Positions 37,384 to 50,657 of a DNA stretch of 64,000 bases are shown here, in pieces. The position numbers were made by a program, and so were the translations under genes. The first letter of the stretch is position 1; the number at the start of each line of letters is the position of its first letter. The notes beneath the pieces were generated by a model, which saw nothing but the letters and a program-made list of their open reading frames with translations, had not been told where the DNA came from and did no database searches. The DNA is from an uncultured Actinomycetes bacterium. Its GTDB lineage: Bacteria > Actinomycetota > Thermoleophilia > Gaiellales > JAICJC01. The DNA lies in contig CAVPWG010000006.1 in assembly GCA_963709425.1 (NCBI GenBank), positions 121,913 through 185,912 on the forward strand. The letters run 5' to 3'.

Positions 37384-37396
37384 CCGATCTGGCCGG

Positions 37397-38854
37397 TCAC
37401 GGCGATCCGAACCACGTCGAGAGCGCGTCGCGCAACCCGCGGTCGGTGCCGTCGCCCACCCAGGCGACGTGTCCGTCGGGCCGGATCAACACCGCTGTGG
37501 GAGCGGTGACCTCGCCGAGCGCCGGGAGCTCCCAGATACCACCGTACTCGGCATCGATCAGCTGGACCCGATCCGCCCATGGAGCGATGTCGAAGCCGCC
37601 GGGCTTGCCGAGGTTGAGCAGCACCGGCCGGGCACCGTGCAGGAGGGTGAAGACGCGCGTCGGGGCGCCCGAGGCGACCAGGTCGAGGTCGGGCATGCGC
37701 CGCCCGAGCAGCGGGTGCCCCTCACCGAGGTCGTAGTGGATGTCCAGGCCGGACTGCATCGCGGCGACCCGCGTGCGAGGCTCGTCCATGCTCAGCATCT
37801 CGGCCATGGTGTCGCGGACGGCGTCGATGCGCGCATCGGAGCGGGCGAGCGCCGTCTGCGCCATCGTGGTCCGTAACACGCGGGCACCGACCGGATGCCG
37901 CTCGGCGTGGTAGGTATCCAGGAGGCCTCCTGGCGATGTCCCCTTGACCACCTGGGCCAGCTTCCAGCCCAGGTTCACCGCATCCTGCACACCGGTGTTG
38001 AGGCCCTGCCCGCCCACCGGGTAATGCACGTGCGCGGCGTCGCCCGCCAGCAGCACCCGCCCCTCCCTGTAGGTCGCCGCCTGCCGGGTCATGTCCGTGA
38101 ACCGCGAGATCCAGGCCGGGCTGTGCGCCCCGTAGTCCGTCCCCCATACAGCGATCAGCGCGCGGCTGAGATCACGCAGGGTCGGCTCACCGGCCTGCCC
38201 CGCATACCGCTGACTCACCACCACGCCTACCCGCTTCCCGTCCTCCAGCCGGCCCAGGGCTTGCGTGCCGTTCTCGTCGTGGCGGATCCCAAACTCCGGC
38301 TCCTCGGTCATCTCGACCTCGGCGATCAGCGAGCTGACTGACGGATCCCAGCCGGGGAACTCGATGCCGGCGGCCTTTCGGATCAGGCTGCGACCGCCAT
38401 CGCACCCGACCAGGTATTCGGCCTGTAGCGACCCGCCGTCGGACAGCTCGACGTCGACGCCGGTGTCGTGCTGCGCGAAGCCCGTCACCTCACGTTCGCG
38501 AGCGATCGGCACGCCCAGCTCGCTGACCCAGGCGGCCAGGATGCGCTCGAACTGGTTCTGCGGGAGGGCGAGGCCGTAGTTGTGCCGGGTGGGAAACGCG
38601 CTGATGTCCAGCCGCACCCCGGCGAAGCTCTGAACCTGCATCGCCTGCCCCTCGGCGAGGAACCGGTCGGCGATCCCCCGCTGATCCAGCACCTCGATGG
38701 TGCGTGACTGGAGACCGCGCGCGCGCGACCCGGTGAGCTCCTGGCTCGGGCGCCGCTCGACGATGGCAACGTCGACCCTCGCCAGTGCCAGCTCGCCGGC
38801 CAGCATCATCCCCGTCGGGCCGCCGCCGGCTACGACTACCGAATGTTCGGCCAT
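37397..38854 (-). CDS. FAD-dependent monooxygenase (group A aromatic hydroxylase; rifampin monooxygenase-like)
   Basis: VAGGGPTG, GCDGGRS, AGDAAHVH.P.GGQGLNTG.QDA.NLGWK, LIRPDGHVAW. Confidence 0.88.
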   Translation of the reverse strand: MAEHSVVVAGGGPTGMMLAGELALARVDVAIVERRPSQELTGSRARGLQSRTIEVLDQRGIADRFLAEGQAMQVQSFAGVRLDISAFPTRHNYGLALPQNQFERILAAWVSELGVPIAREREVTGFAQHDTGVDVELSDGGSLQAEYLVGCDGGRSLIRKAAGIEFPGWDPSVSSLIAEVEMTEEPEFGIRHDENGTQALGRLEDGKRVGVVVSQRYAGQAGEPTLRDLSRALIAVWGTDYGAHSPAWISRFTDMTRQAATYREGRVLLAGDAAHVHYPVGGQGLNTGVQDAVNLGWKLAQVVKGTSPGGLLDTYHAERHPVGARVLRTTMAQTALARSDARIDAVRDTMAEMLSMDEPRTRVAAMQSGLDIHYDLGEGHPLLGRRMPDLDLVASGAPTRVFTLLHGARPVLLNLGKPGGFDIAPWADRVQLIDAEYGGIWELPALGEVTAPTAVLIRPDGHVAWVGDGTDRGLRDALSTWFGSP

Positions 38855-38863
38855 ACGCCCGTT

Positions 38864-38974
38864 CTAGCGCACCGGATGACCCCGAAGCCGCTCATGGTGG
38901 CGGCCGAAGGCCATGGTGACCATCGAAGCAGCGAGACCTGCAATGACACGAATGATCAGGAGCCCAACCGTCAT
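38864..38974 (-). pseudogene. Short ORF resembling a truncated DoxX-like membrane-protein N-terminus
   Basis: Strong RBS AAGGGAGGTG, then MTVGLLIIRVIAGL...; 36 aa. Confidence 0.35.
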
Positions 38975-39028
38975 CCGGGCACCTCCCTTGGGTCGCTTCG
39001 CAGGTCCCGTTCCCCGATGCTTGCGTTC

Positions 39029-39535
39029 TCAACCATTCAGGACGGTGGCGACGAGCGCGTCGGCCGCGCCGTTCTGATCGGCCGGCACCCAGCGGTAGGT
39101 GACGGTGCCGATCCGCATCGCCAGGTCACGGGCCTCGGCGTGAAGCGGCGCGACCGACCGGCTCCTGACCGGAGCATCGCCGGTCATCTGCGCGACGACG
39201 AGGCGCGAGTCGGTCCGCACCTCGACGGCCGCCAGGCCGTGCTCGGAGACGGCGTGCAGGCCTGCCACGAGCGCCCGGTACTCGGCAACGGCGACGGTGG
39301 CCCGGCGGATTGGCGTCGCGGCGGATGCCAATTGGCGCCCGTCCGTGTCCTCGAGCACGAACCCGCAGGCCGCCGGGCCGGGGTTCCCGCGCGAGCCGCC
39401 GTCACACCACAGGGTGGCCGCACCGCCCGGTGCTCTCTTCGGTGCCGGCGTCCGAGCCGCCCGGCGGGCCTTTCCGAGCCGACGCCGCTCCGCGTCGGTC
39501 AGCGTCTTCCCCGACCGGCGGACGCCCTTGGTCAC
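39029..39535 (-). CDS. Ribonuclease HI with basic N-terminal extension
   Basis: CDGGSRGNPGPAA, AEYRAL, RTDSRLVV.QM.G, WVP...N..ADAL; acidic catalytic residues present. Confidence 0.88.
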   Translation of the reverse strand: MTKGVRRSGKTLTDAERRRLGKARRAARTPAPKRAPGGAATLWCDGGSRGNPGPAACGFVLEDTDGRQLASAATPIRRATVAVAEYRALVAGLHAVSEHGLAAVEVRTDSRLVVAQMTGDAPVRSRSVAPLHAEARDLAMRIGTVTYRWVPADQNGAADALVATVLNG

Positions 39536-39975
39536 GCCGGACGCTCGTCGCAGACGAAGTGCTGCAGCGGGCGCTTGAAGCCCGTCTCGAGATCGAACGT
39601 CACCGCCTCGGCGACGTCCGGCGGCAGCAGCGGCCCGGGCGTGGACGAGGGCGGGTGCCACTCGTGGTTTCGCAGGTCGACGGGCGGCGTCTCGAGCCGC
39701 GCGTGGATGGCAGCGAGGAAGTACAGGATCACCTCGTGGCGGTACTCGCCCGACTCGACGAACAGGTTCTCGGACAGGTAGAGCGGCTTCAGGACGTCGA
39801 TCTGGACCGCCGCCTCCTCGACCAGCTCGCGCTTCACAGCCTCCTCGGCCGTCTCGCCCGGCTCGACGCCGCCTCCCGGAAACCAGTAGAAGGCGTCCTT
39901 CGCCGGATGGTGCGTGCGGTCGAGCAGCACCCGGCCCTCGGTGTCGGGGATGACAGCCCTGGCCCGCAGGGTCAT
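39532..39975 (-). CDS. Nudix hydrolase
   Basis: FPGGGVEPGETAEEAVKRELVEEAA, a near-canonical Nudix box. Confidence 0.88.
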   Translation of the reverse strand: MTLRARAVIPDTEGRVLLDRTHHPAKDAFYWFPGGGVEPGETAEEAVKRELVEEAAVQIDVLKPLYLSENLFVESGEYRHEVILYFLAAIHARLETPPVDLRNHEWHPPSSTPGPLLPPDVAEAVTFDLETGFKRPLQHFVCDERPA

Positions 39976-39988
39976 GTCGGGCGGGCCG

Positions 39989-42847
<2,859 letters not shown>

Positions 42848-42875
42848 TGCCTCAACGCTAGCAGGCGGCCGACCG

Positions 42876-42891
42876 TCGAACAAGTGTTCGG
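42876..42891. promoter_or_regulatory. LexA (SOS/Cheo) box upstream of uvrA
   Basis: TCGAAC-AAGT-GTTCGG matches the Gram-positive/actinobacterial CGAAC-N4-GTTCG consensus. Confidence 0.85.
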
Positions 42892-43082
42892 GGTGATACA
42901 GTTTCGGGCGTGACCGGATTCACGTAGCGCTGGACCCAGACAGGCTGCCCCCGCGCGCCCGAGCGGCGCGTCCGTGGGCCTCCCCGCCGGCCTCTGCCCA
43001 CGCAGCGATCCGCTCGCCCGTGCCCGGCGGCCAGGGCGCGATCGAGCACCTGGTCCATGCTCGCACGGCGGAGTCGGGTGAT

Positions 43083-44441
43083 CTACGGACAGCTCGGGTG
43101 GCCCGCGCAGAAGGCGGCCCTGACCAGCAGATCGTGCAGGTGCTGGACGCGGGGGTCGTTGGTCGTCGTGCTGTCGTGCAGGAGGTTGTGGAGCTCGTAC
43201 GGGTCGGTCCGCAGGTCATAGTACTCGCGCCAGACCGTGTGCTCGGGGAAGGTCTGGGACAGCCACTCGATGAACTGGAAGTCGCCGTTTCGGATCGACC
43301 GCCACGGCGGCTCCCAGTGCTTGTCGGGGCGCACGTTGTAGGACTCCTCGTACTGGTACTTCCGCTTCCACGACCCGTCGAGCAGCGAGTAGCCGTCGAG
43401 CGGGTAGCGGAGCGCGGCGCCCGGGTCGGCGGCGGCCAGGATCGTGGGCGCGACGTCGACGTTCGAGACCAGCCGGGTGTCGACCGTCCCGGCCGGGATC
43501 CGCCCCGGCGCCGCCATCGCGAACGGGACGCTCGTCGCCTCGGTGTAGGGGAGGCGCTTCCCCTCCAGGCGGTGCTCGCCGAGCAGCAATCCGTTGTCCG
43601 ACATGTAGACGACGATCGTGTTGTCGAGGTCGCCCCTCGCATCGAGCGCCTGCCGGATCTGCTCGACCTCCGAGTCGACCGTCCGCAGCATCCGGATCTG
43701 GCCGTCCCAGACCCGCGAGTCGTAGGCGGGGACGTTCGCGTGCTCCCGGACGACGTCGTACATCCCGGACAGGTCGGTCTGGCCAACGGCGGGGCTGATC
43801 GTCGGCGGCGGCACCGGAGCGTTGGCGACGGCGGGAAGCGGCGTGTACGGCGAGTGCGGCGCCATCAGCGAGACGGTCATGAACCACGGGCCGTCTCCCG
43901 CCTTGGTCTTCAGGAAGTCGAGGGCGCGGCCGGTCACATAGGTGTCGTCCCAGCCGGCCGGCGTCACCTCCCCGTCGTTCGTGCGGAAGTCCAGGCCGTA
44001 GTGCTGCTCGCCCGGCGTGATCGCATACCGGTCGGTGCAGGGCGGGCTGCGGCCGTAGTTCCACCCGTTCAGGTACTTGCCGAAGAAGGCCGTCGTGTAC
44101 CCGGCGTCGTGGAGGTAGCACTGGACCGTGCTCTTCATGTCCGGGTGAAACGAGATCCGGCTCGAGAGGTTGTCGATCACCCCGGTGTTGTGGGCGTAGC
44201 GGCCGGTCATGATCGTCATCCGCGAGGGACAGCACAGCGGATCCGAGATCGAGAAGTTGGGGTAGGTGCGGCCGCCCTGCCACAGCCAGCGCCAGGTGTT
44301 CGGCATGGTCTCCCGGCTGACCGTGCCCGCGGTCTGGTCGTCGGTGATGAAGACGAGGACGTTCGGGCGGCTCGAGCCGCCTCCCAACCCGGGCGAGCAT
44401 GCCCCGCCCGCGGCAGCGAGCAGGACGATGAGAAGCACCAT
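43083..44441 (-). CDS. Secreted or lipoprotein sulfatase (formylglycine-dependent)
   Basis: PNVLVFITDD, CCPSR (CxPxR), FFGKYLN, SDNG...GEH; hydrophobic N-terminus ending in GACS. Confidence 0.9.
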   Translation of the reverse strand: MVLLIVLLAAAGGACSPGLGGGSSRPNVLVFITDDQTAGTVSRETMPNTWRWLWQGGRTYPNFSISDPLCCPSRMTIMTGRYAHNTGVIDNLSSRISFHPDMKSTVQCYLHDAGYTTAFFGKYLNGWNYGRSPPCTDRYAITPGEQHYGLDFRTNDGEVTPAGWDDTYVTGRALDFLKTKAGDGPWFMTVSLMAPHSPYTPLPAVANAPVPPPTISPAVGQTDLSGMYDVVREHANVPAYDSRVWDGQIRMLRTVDSEVEQIRQALDARGDLDNTIVVYMSDNGLLLGEHRLEGKRLPYTEATSVPFAMAAPGRIPAGTVDTRLVSNVDVAPTILAAADPGAALRYPLDGYSLLDGSWKRKYQYEESYNVRPDKHWEPPWRSIRNGDFQFIEWLSQTFPEHTVWREYYDLRTDPYELHNLLHDSTTTNDPRVQHLHDLLVRAAFCAGHPSCP

Positions 44442-44709
44442 GCGGAGTTTCGGGGGCGTGAGTGGCTCTCCTAGCCTCGGAGGATCGTCGCGAGCGCGAC
44501 GAGCACGACCGGGAGAGCGGCCCACGTGACAGCCGTCAGCCCGATCGCGACGAGGGCGATGGTATCCGCGTCGTCCTCCGGAGGGCGCCCGCAGTGGCCG
44601 ATCGTCTCATGGAGCGCTCACATCGGCTGACTGCCGACGATCGTCGCCCGGCGGCGCCCCAGCCCCGCTCCCTGGAGCACGAAGACGCTGCTCCTCGTCC
44701 ACGGCTCAG

Positions 44710-45270
44710 CTACACCGCGGCGACCGGCACGCCGCCCGGCGTGACCCGCCCACGCGGCGGCGAGCACGACTCCGGCAGGTCGTCCGCGAGGCCGAGGAGC
44801 AGCCCGAACAGGAGGTCGGGATCGGGCAGCCGCCTGAGCCCGAACATGAGGTCACGGCGGCCGCCGGTGCTCACGATCAGGCCCCCGTAGTGCAGGATCC
44901 AGCCCGGCCGGGCCCGGACGATCTCGAGGTCGTGGATCGCATCGAGTGGCAGGGCGGCGGTACGGCGGGAGATGCCGCCGTGCACGAGGATGGCCCGGCG
45001 GTCGGTGACCACGAGCACCCGCCGCTGCCACCGGCCGACCGCGCGGGCCAGCCGCACGAGCGTGCGCGCCGCGATCACGCCGAGGACGCCGACGCCGAGG
45101 ACGCGCAGGGGCAGCGGCACCCCGGTCGCGGCGACCCTGACGGCGGTGTACGCGCAGGCGGTGAGCAGGACGCACGCCCGCAGGAACGGGCCCACGAGCA
45201 CGACCTCGTGCTCTCGGCTCACGAGATGGACGTGCTCGTCGCGGTCCAGCAGGCGGTCGATGTGCGGCAT
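44710..45270 (-). CDS. Membrane-flanked bacterial PH-domain protein
   Basis: Two TM helices, then VVTDRR...G.ISR....LPL..I..L....ILHYG.L.V. Confidence 0.72.
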   Translation of the reverse strand: MPHIDRLLDRDEHVHLVSREHEVVLVGPFLRACVLLTACAYTAVRVAATGVPLPLRVLGVGVLGVIAARTLVRLARAVGRWQRRVLVVTDRRAILVHGGISRRTAALPLDAIHDLEIVRARPGWILHYGGLIVSTGGRRDLMFGLRRLPDPDLLFGLLLGLADDLPESCSPPRGRVTPGGVPVAAV

Positions 45271-45307
45271 CGCACTCGCACCGTTCGCGCTTGGCGCCGG
45301 GGTTCCT

Positions 45308-46423
45308 CTAGCGCCACATGCGCAGCGGGAGCCGGTTCAGCACCCGAGCGCCGGCCGCCGTGACGGCGATCATCTGCTCGTGCACGACGCCGGCCGCCCC
45401 GGGCAGGAGCACTCCGGGCTCGATGCACAGCACCATCCCCTCGCAGAGCTCGCACGCCGGGTCGCGGTCGCCGTACGGCGGCTCGTGCTGGCCGGTGCCG
45501 GCGCCGTGCGGCATGAACTCGCCCCACCACGACTCGCCAAGGCCCGCGTCGACGACCGCGGAGCGGGCCGCCTCGCGCAGATCGGCGACGACGGCGCCGG
45601 GCCGGGCCGCAGCCGTGCCGGCCTCGACGGCCGCCGCGACGGCCTCCAGCGCCCGCTCGAGCTCCGGAGGCGGCTCGCCGACGGCGACGGTGCGGCACAT
45701 GTCTCCGTGATAGCCGTGAACGCGCGCGCCGCAGTCGAGCAGGACGGCGTCGCCGGATCGCATCGGGCGGTCCTCCGGCAGGAACGTCCCGAGCGCCGTC
45801 CGCCGGCCGGCCCCGGCGACGGTCGTGAAGCTGAGCTCGGCGCCGGCCGCGCGGATCGCGTGCTCGGCCGCCGCCGCCATCTCGACCTCGCGTGCGCCGT
45901 CGGCGACAACGGCGAGCCCGGCCGCCATCCCGAGGTCCGAGATGCGGGCGGCCTCGGCCAGGAGCTCGAGCTCGGCGGGGCTCTTGACCATGCGAAGCGC
46001 AGTCGTGATCGCGGAGGCGTCTTCCAGGCGGGGGCCGCTGCGGAGGGCGTCCATCGCAGCAGCCGGGAGGACCCGGCCTCCGGTGAGTCCGACGGCCCTG
46101 CACCCGCGCAGTCGGGCGGCGACCGCCGGCCCAAGGTCGCCGGCGTGGGCAACCTCGTCGCACACCGCCCGCTCCCGGGCCCGGTCGAGGTCGGCCGCCG
46201 AGTCGGTGAGCAGCACGACCGGCCCTTCGGCCGGCACGACCAGCATCGCCTGCTCCTCCTCGATGCAGAACCAGTCGGCCAGGTATCGCAGGTCGCCGGG
46301 CGCGTAGTCGACGTGGGCGCCGTAGCAGACGAGCGCGTCGAGCCCCCGGCCGGCCATCCCGCTCGCGCACCCGCGCGATGCGCTCGCCGAATTCCCCCGA
46401 GCGATCGGCGCAGCCGCACTCAC
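45308..46423 (-). CDS. Xaa-Pro peptidase (M24 family)
   Basis: LRMVKSPAEL, LLDCGA...YHGDMCRT, HGAGTGQHEPP, IEPG; the N-terminus has compensating indels. Confidence 0.88.
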   Translation of the reverse strand: MSAAAPIARGNSASASRGCASGMAGRGLDALVCYGAHVDYAPGDLRYLADWFCIEEEQAMLVVPAEGPVVLLTDSAADLDRARERAVCDEVAHAGDLGPAVAARLRGCRAVGLTGGRVLPAAAMDALRSGPRLEDASAITTALRMVKSPAELELLAEAARISDLGMAAGLAVVADGAREVEMAAAAEHAIRAAGAELSFTTVAGAGRRTALGTFLPEDRPMRSGDAVLLDCGARVHGYHGDMCRTVAVGEPPPELERALEAVAAAVEAGTAAARPGAVVADLREAARSAVVDAGLGESWWGEFMPHGAGTGQHEPPYGDRDPACELCEGMVLCIEPGVLLPGAAGVVHEQMIAVTAAGARVLNRLPLRMWR

Positions 46424-46424
46424 G

Positions 46425-46457
46425 GTGCAAAGACGGGGTCAGACCCCGTCATTGCAC
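46425..46457. repeat. Palindromic REP-like element overlapping the uvrB stop
   Basis: GTGCAAAGACGGGGTC-A-GACCCCGTCATTGCAC, a 16-bp stem with 1 mismatch. Confidence 0.7.
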
Positions 46458-48454
46458 GCGCGCGGCGTCGAGGTCTCGGCGCAGCTCCTTGATCTCGTCG
46501 CGGAGCTTGGCGGCGTACTCGAACCGGAGCTCCTCAGCCGCCGCGAACATCTCCTCCTCGAGCTCGACGACCAGCTTCTCGATCTCGCTCGGCGTCATGC
46601 CCTCGTCGCCGCCCTTGCCGCGCCGGCGCCGGCCGGGGACGTGCGGCTGTGTGTCGAGCGAGAGGAACTCGGCGATGTCGGAGACGCCCTTCTTGATCGA
46701 CTCGGGCGTGATGCCGTGCTCCTCGTTGTAGGCGATCTGGATGTCGCGCCGCCGGCCCGGTCTCGTCGATCGCCACGCGGATCGCCTCGGTCATCTTGTC
46801 GGCGTACATGATCACGCGGCCGTTGACGTTGCGGGCGGCGCGGCCGATGGTCTGGATGAGCGCCGTCTGGCCGCGGAGGAAGCCCTCCTTGTCGGCGTCG
46901 AGGATCGCCACCAGCGAGACCTCGGGCAGGTCGAGGCCCTCGCGGAGCAGGTTCACGCCGACGAGCACGTCGAAGTCGCCGAGGCGCAGCTCGCGGATCA
47001 CCTTGATCCGCTCGAGCGTGTCGATCTCGGAGTGCAGGTAGCGGGTGCGGATCCCCGACTCGAGCAGGTAGTCGGTCAGGTCCTCGGCCATCTTCTTGGT
47101 GAGCGTGGTGACGAGCACGCGCTCACCGGCCTCGGAGCGGGCCTTGATCTCGGCGATCAGGTCGTCGATCTGGTGGCGCGTCGGGCGCACCTCGACCTCG
47201 GGGTCGACGAGGCCGGTCGGGCGGATGATCTGCTCGGCGACGTGGGTGGACTGGCGCAGCTCGAACGCCGCCGGCGTGGCCGACACGAACATCACCTGGT
47301 GGGCGCGCTCGAGGAACTCGTCGAACCGGAGCGGCCGGTTGTCGAGCGCCGACGGCAGCCGGAACCCGTACTCGACGAGCGTCTGCTTGCGCGACCGGTC
47401 GCCCTCGTACATGCCGCCGATCTGCGGGACAGTCTGGTGCGACTCGTCGATGATGATCAGATAGTCGTCGGGGAAGTAGTCGAGCAGCGTGTGCGGCGGC
47501 GTGCCCGGCTCGCGCCCGTCGAGGTGGCGCGAGTAGTTCTCGATGCCGTTGCAGAAGCCCATCTCGCGCAGCATCTCCATGTCGTACTCCGTGCGCGAGC
47601 GGAGCCGGTGGGCCTCGAGCATCTTGCCCTCGACCTCGAGCTCGGGCAGACGCGTGCGCAGCTCGGCGTCGATCGACTTGACGGCCGCCTCGAGCGCGCT
47701 TCGCTCCATGGCGTAGTGCGTGGCGGGATAGACGGCCAGGTGGTCGAGCCGTGCGTAGACCTCACCGGTCAGCGGGTCGAAGTGCGTGATCGACTCGATC
47801 TCGTCGCCGAAGAGGCGAGATCCGATAGGCGGACTCGGTGTCGGCCGGCTGCACCTCGATCACGTCGCCGCGAACCCGGAACCGGCCGCGGCCCATGACG
47901 ACGTCGTTTCGCTGGTAGTGGATGTCGACCAGCTTGGTCAGGATCGACTCGCGCGGGCGCTCGTCGCCGACCGACACGAAGCACACCATGTCGGAGTAGC
48001 TCTCGGGCGAGCCGATGCCGTAGATGCACGACACCGAGGCGACGATGACGACGTCGCGGCGGGCGAAGAGCGCCGCGGTGGCGGCGTGCCGGAGCCGGTC
48101 GATGTCGTCGTTGATCGAGGAGTCCTTCTCGATGTACGTGTCGGACGACGGCAGGTACGCCTCGGGCTGGTAGTAGTCGTAGTAGCTCACGAAGTACTCG
48201 ACGGCGTTCGTCGGGAAGTACTCGCGAAATTCGTTGCAGAGCTGGGCGGCGAGCGTCTTGTTGTGGGCGATGACCAGGGTCGGCTTCTGGACCTTCTCGA
48301 TCACGCGCGCCATGGTGTGCGTCTTGCCGGTGGCCGTGGCCCCGAGCAGCGTCTGGTACTGGTCGCCGCGGGTGATCGTCTCGGCGAGCTCGCCGATCGC
48401 GCGCGGCTGGTCGCCGGTCGGCTGATAGGCGGCGGAGACGTGCAGACCGGGCAT
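46449..48454 (-). CDS. uvrB: Excinuclease ABC subunit B (about 4 frameshifts, likely sequence errors)
   Basis: [48 protein letters not shown] and QTIGRAARN across frames. Confidence 0.93.
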
Positions 48455-48469
48455 GGACTTGAGTCTAGC

Positions 48470-48483
48470 CGAACGTGTGTACG
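48470..48483. promoter_or_regulatory. Imperfect LexA box in the divergent uvrB/GNAT promoter
   Basis: CGAAC-GTGT-GTACG (1 mismatch) between -10 boxes TAGACT (-) and TACGAT (+). Confidence 0.55.
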
Positions 48484-48491
48484 ATGCCCGC

Positions 48492-49052
48492 GTGAGCCGC
48501 CCGATCGTGCTCCCGGACCCGCCGCTCACCGACGGCCGGGTCACGCTCCGGGCGTGGGAGGCCCGCGACGTGCCGGCGATCGTGGCCATGTGCGAGGAGC
48601 CGGAGGTGATCAGGTTCACGAGCGTGCCGGTGCCGTACTCCGCCGACGACGCCCAGCTGTGGCTCGACCTGCACCCCGGCCGGCTGGCCGCGGGCGACGG
48701 CGCGGCGTTCGCGATCACGGAGGGCGGCGACGACCGTCCGGTGGGATCGATCGGCGTGCGCGTGCTGCACGACCAGGGCTCGGCCGAGACCGGCTACCAC
48801 GTCGTCCGCGAGGCGCGCGGGCGCGGCCTCGCGACCGCCGCGCTGCGACTGCTCGCGCGCTGGACGTTCGCCGAGCTCGAGGTCGGGCGGCTCCAGCTCA
48901 CGACCCATCTCGACAACCCGGCCTCGCAGCGGGTCGCCGAGAAGGCCGGGTTCACCCGCGAGGGCGTGCTGCGGGCCTGGGCCGATCAGCGCGGTGAGCG
49001 GGTCGATCTCATGATGTGGTCGCTCCTGCCGGGCGATCCGACGACCCCGTAG
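48492..49052 (+). CDS. RimJ/RimL-family GNAT N-acetyltransferase
   Basis: [36 protein letters not shown]. Confidence 0.88.
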   Translation: MSRPIVLPDPPLTDGRVTLRAWEARDVPAIVAMCEEPEVIRFTSVPVPYSADDAQLWLDLHPGRLAAGDGAAFAITEGGDDRPVGSIGVRVLHDQGSAETGYHVVREARGRGLATAALRLLARWTFAELEVGRLQLTTHLDNPASQRVAEKAGFTREGVLRAWADQRGERVDLMMWSLLPGDPTTP

Positions 49053-49064
49053 GATGCGGGCTGC

Positions 49065-49502
49065 ATGCCCGTCGTCGAGTCACATGCGGCCGTCGCCGCC
49101 CCGCCCGCGGACGTCTTCGCGTTCCTGCACGACCCCGCCCAGCGGCCGGTGTGGGACGTCTCCGTCGACCTCTGCAATCTCGAGGGCGAGAGCGGTCGCG
49201 GCCGGCAGCCGGCTCCACCTGCGCGGCCGCCGCAAGGCGCCCTCGTGGGTGGGCGAGTACGTAGCAGGTCGACCGCGCCGCGGCGGTCGGTGCTGCGCCT
49301 CGTCGACGGTGTCGGCATGCCGTTCTCGGACTACCGGCAGACGATCGAGGTCGCCGGGGACGGCGGCGGGACGACCGTCACGCTCAGGCTCGAATACGCC
49401 GTCCGGGGGCCGCTCGTCCTGATCGAGCGGTTCACGGTGCGCGGGAGGCTCGCCCGCGCCCTGCACGACTCGGCCCGGAAGGTCGAGATGCGGTTCGCGT
49501 GA
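49065..49502 (+). CDS. SRPBCC/polyketide cyclase-like protein (compensating frameshifts ~49198-49270)
   Basis: V.APPADVFAFL.DP..RP.W N-terminus; GTTVTLRLEY. Confidence 0.65.
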   Translation: MPVVESHAAVAAPPADVFAFLHDPAQRPVWDVSVDLCNLEGESGRGRQPAPPARPPQGALVGGRVRSRSTAPRRSVLRLVDGVGMPFSDYRQTIEVAGDGGGTTVTLRLEYAVRGPLVLIERFTVRGRLARALHDSARKVEMRFA

Positions 49503-49503
49503 C

Positions 49504-50085
49504 TCAGCCCTGTTCCAGGTCGTCGCCGTACGCCTTGCGGTAGAGCGACTCGAGGTGGTGGACGTCGTCCACGTAGTCGCGCGTCGCGGGGAAGCGCACG
49601 ACGACGCGCTGGCCCGCGGGCGTCTCGCGGATCCAGTCGTCGACGTTCGTCTGGCCGGCGTTGTATGCCGCCAGCGCCAGGTCGCCGCCGTTCGGGCGAC
49701 CGGCGTACTTCTGCCGCAGGTGGGCCAGGTACCAGCTCCCGTAGCGGAGGTTCAGGTCGGCGTCGTAGAGGTCGTGGCGCGGGTCGAACTTCGTCCCGCC
49801 GGTGTGCGTCGCGATGCCCTTGGCCGTCGACGGCAGGAGCTGCATGAGGCCGATGGCGCCGGCGCTCGACTTCGAGTTCGCCTTGAATCGCGACTCTTCG
49901 TAGACGACGGCCGCGATCAGCGCCGGGTCGAGGTGGTACTTGTGGCCGTACCCGACGATGCTGTCGCGGTAGTAGAGCGGGTAGCGCAGACGCACCCACC
50001 ACGCCGGCTGGGTGTGATCGACCCAGGCGTACGCCACGCCGCCGACGACGACCAGCGCGACCAGCGCGACGACCGCCCGCCTCAC
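49504..50085 (-). CDS. Lytic transglycosylase (SLT domain)
   Basis: LIAAVVYEESRF, AIGLMQL.P.TA, ALAAYNAG; N-terminal TM segment. Confidence 0.9.
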   Translation of the reverse strand: MRRAVVALVALVVVGGVAYAWVDHTQPAWWVRLRYPLYYRDSIVGYGHKYHLDPALIAAVVYEESRFKANSKSSAGAIGLMQLLPSTAKGIATHTGGTKFDPRHDLYDADLNLRYGSWYLAHLRQKYAGRPNGGDLALAAYNAGQTNVDDWIRETPAGQRVVVRFPATRDYVDDVHHLESLYRKAYGDDLEQG

Positions 50086-50657
50086 CGCCGCAGCATCCGC
50101 TCGACGAGGCCGGCGACGAAGGCATCGAGCTCCTCGAGCGTGCCGGAGTTCTCGTAGACGACGTCCGCCCGGGCGGCCTTCTCGGCCTCGGGGAGCTGGT
50201 GCGTCATCCGCTCGGCCGCGCCCGGCCGGCGGCTTTCGCGCACTCCGGCCGGAGCGGTGATGGCGACGATGGTGTCGTAGCGGTCCTCCACTCCCGCCTC
50301 GAACAGCGTCGGCGCCTCGTGGACGAGGAGCGGCGTGCCCATGCGCTCATGGTGGTCGCGCCAGCGGACGAACTCCTCCGAGACCAGCGGCAGCACGAGC
50401 CGCTCGAGCCAGCGCAGCTCGGTCGCATCGGCGAACACGATCCGTCCGAGCGCGCCCCGGTTCACCTCGCCGTCGGCGGTGAGGATCCGGCGGCCGAACC
50501 GGTCGACGACGGCGTCGCGCACCTCGGGTCGCGAGTAGAGCTCCCGGACCACGTCGTCACTCGAGAGGGTCGCGGCGCCGTGGCGCTCGAAGGCACGAAG
50601 CGCCTCGGACTTGCCGGCGCCGATGCCGCCGGTCAGTCCGACGACGACGCTACTCGT
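50082..50657 (-). CDS. coaE: Dephospho-CoA kinase (no canonical start codon; ACG at 50657)
   Basis: VGLTGGIGAGKS, R.ALG..VF, EAPTLFE, ADVVYENSG. Confidence 0.88.
   Translation of the reverse strand, partial: TSSVVVGLTGGIGAGKSEALRAFERHGAATLSSDDVVRELYSRPEVRDAVVDRFGRRILTADGEVNRGALGRIVFADATELRWLERLVLPLVSEEFVRWRDHHERMGTPLLVHEAPTLFEAGVEDRYDTIVAITAPAGVRESRRPGAAERMTHQLPEAEKAARADVVYENSGTLEELDAFVAGLVERMLRR

Noticed and set aside
44471-44617. Hydrophobic reading frame on the - strand (DTIALVAIGLTAVTWAALPVVLVALATILRG)
   Set aside because: No usable start codon (ATG is followed immediately by TGA); could be a frameshifted small membrane protein but cannot be supported
46449-48454. uvrB as a true pseudogene
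   Set aside because: All motifs are intact across frames, promoter and uvrA are intact, and indels are scattered window-wide, so artefact is more likely
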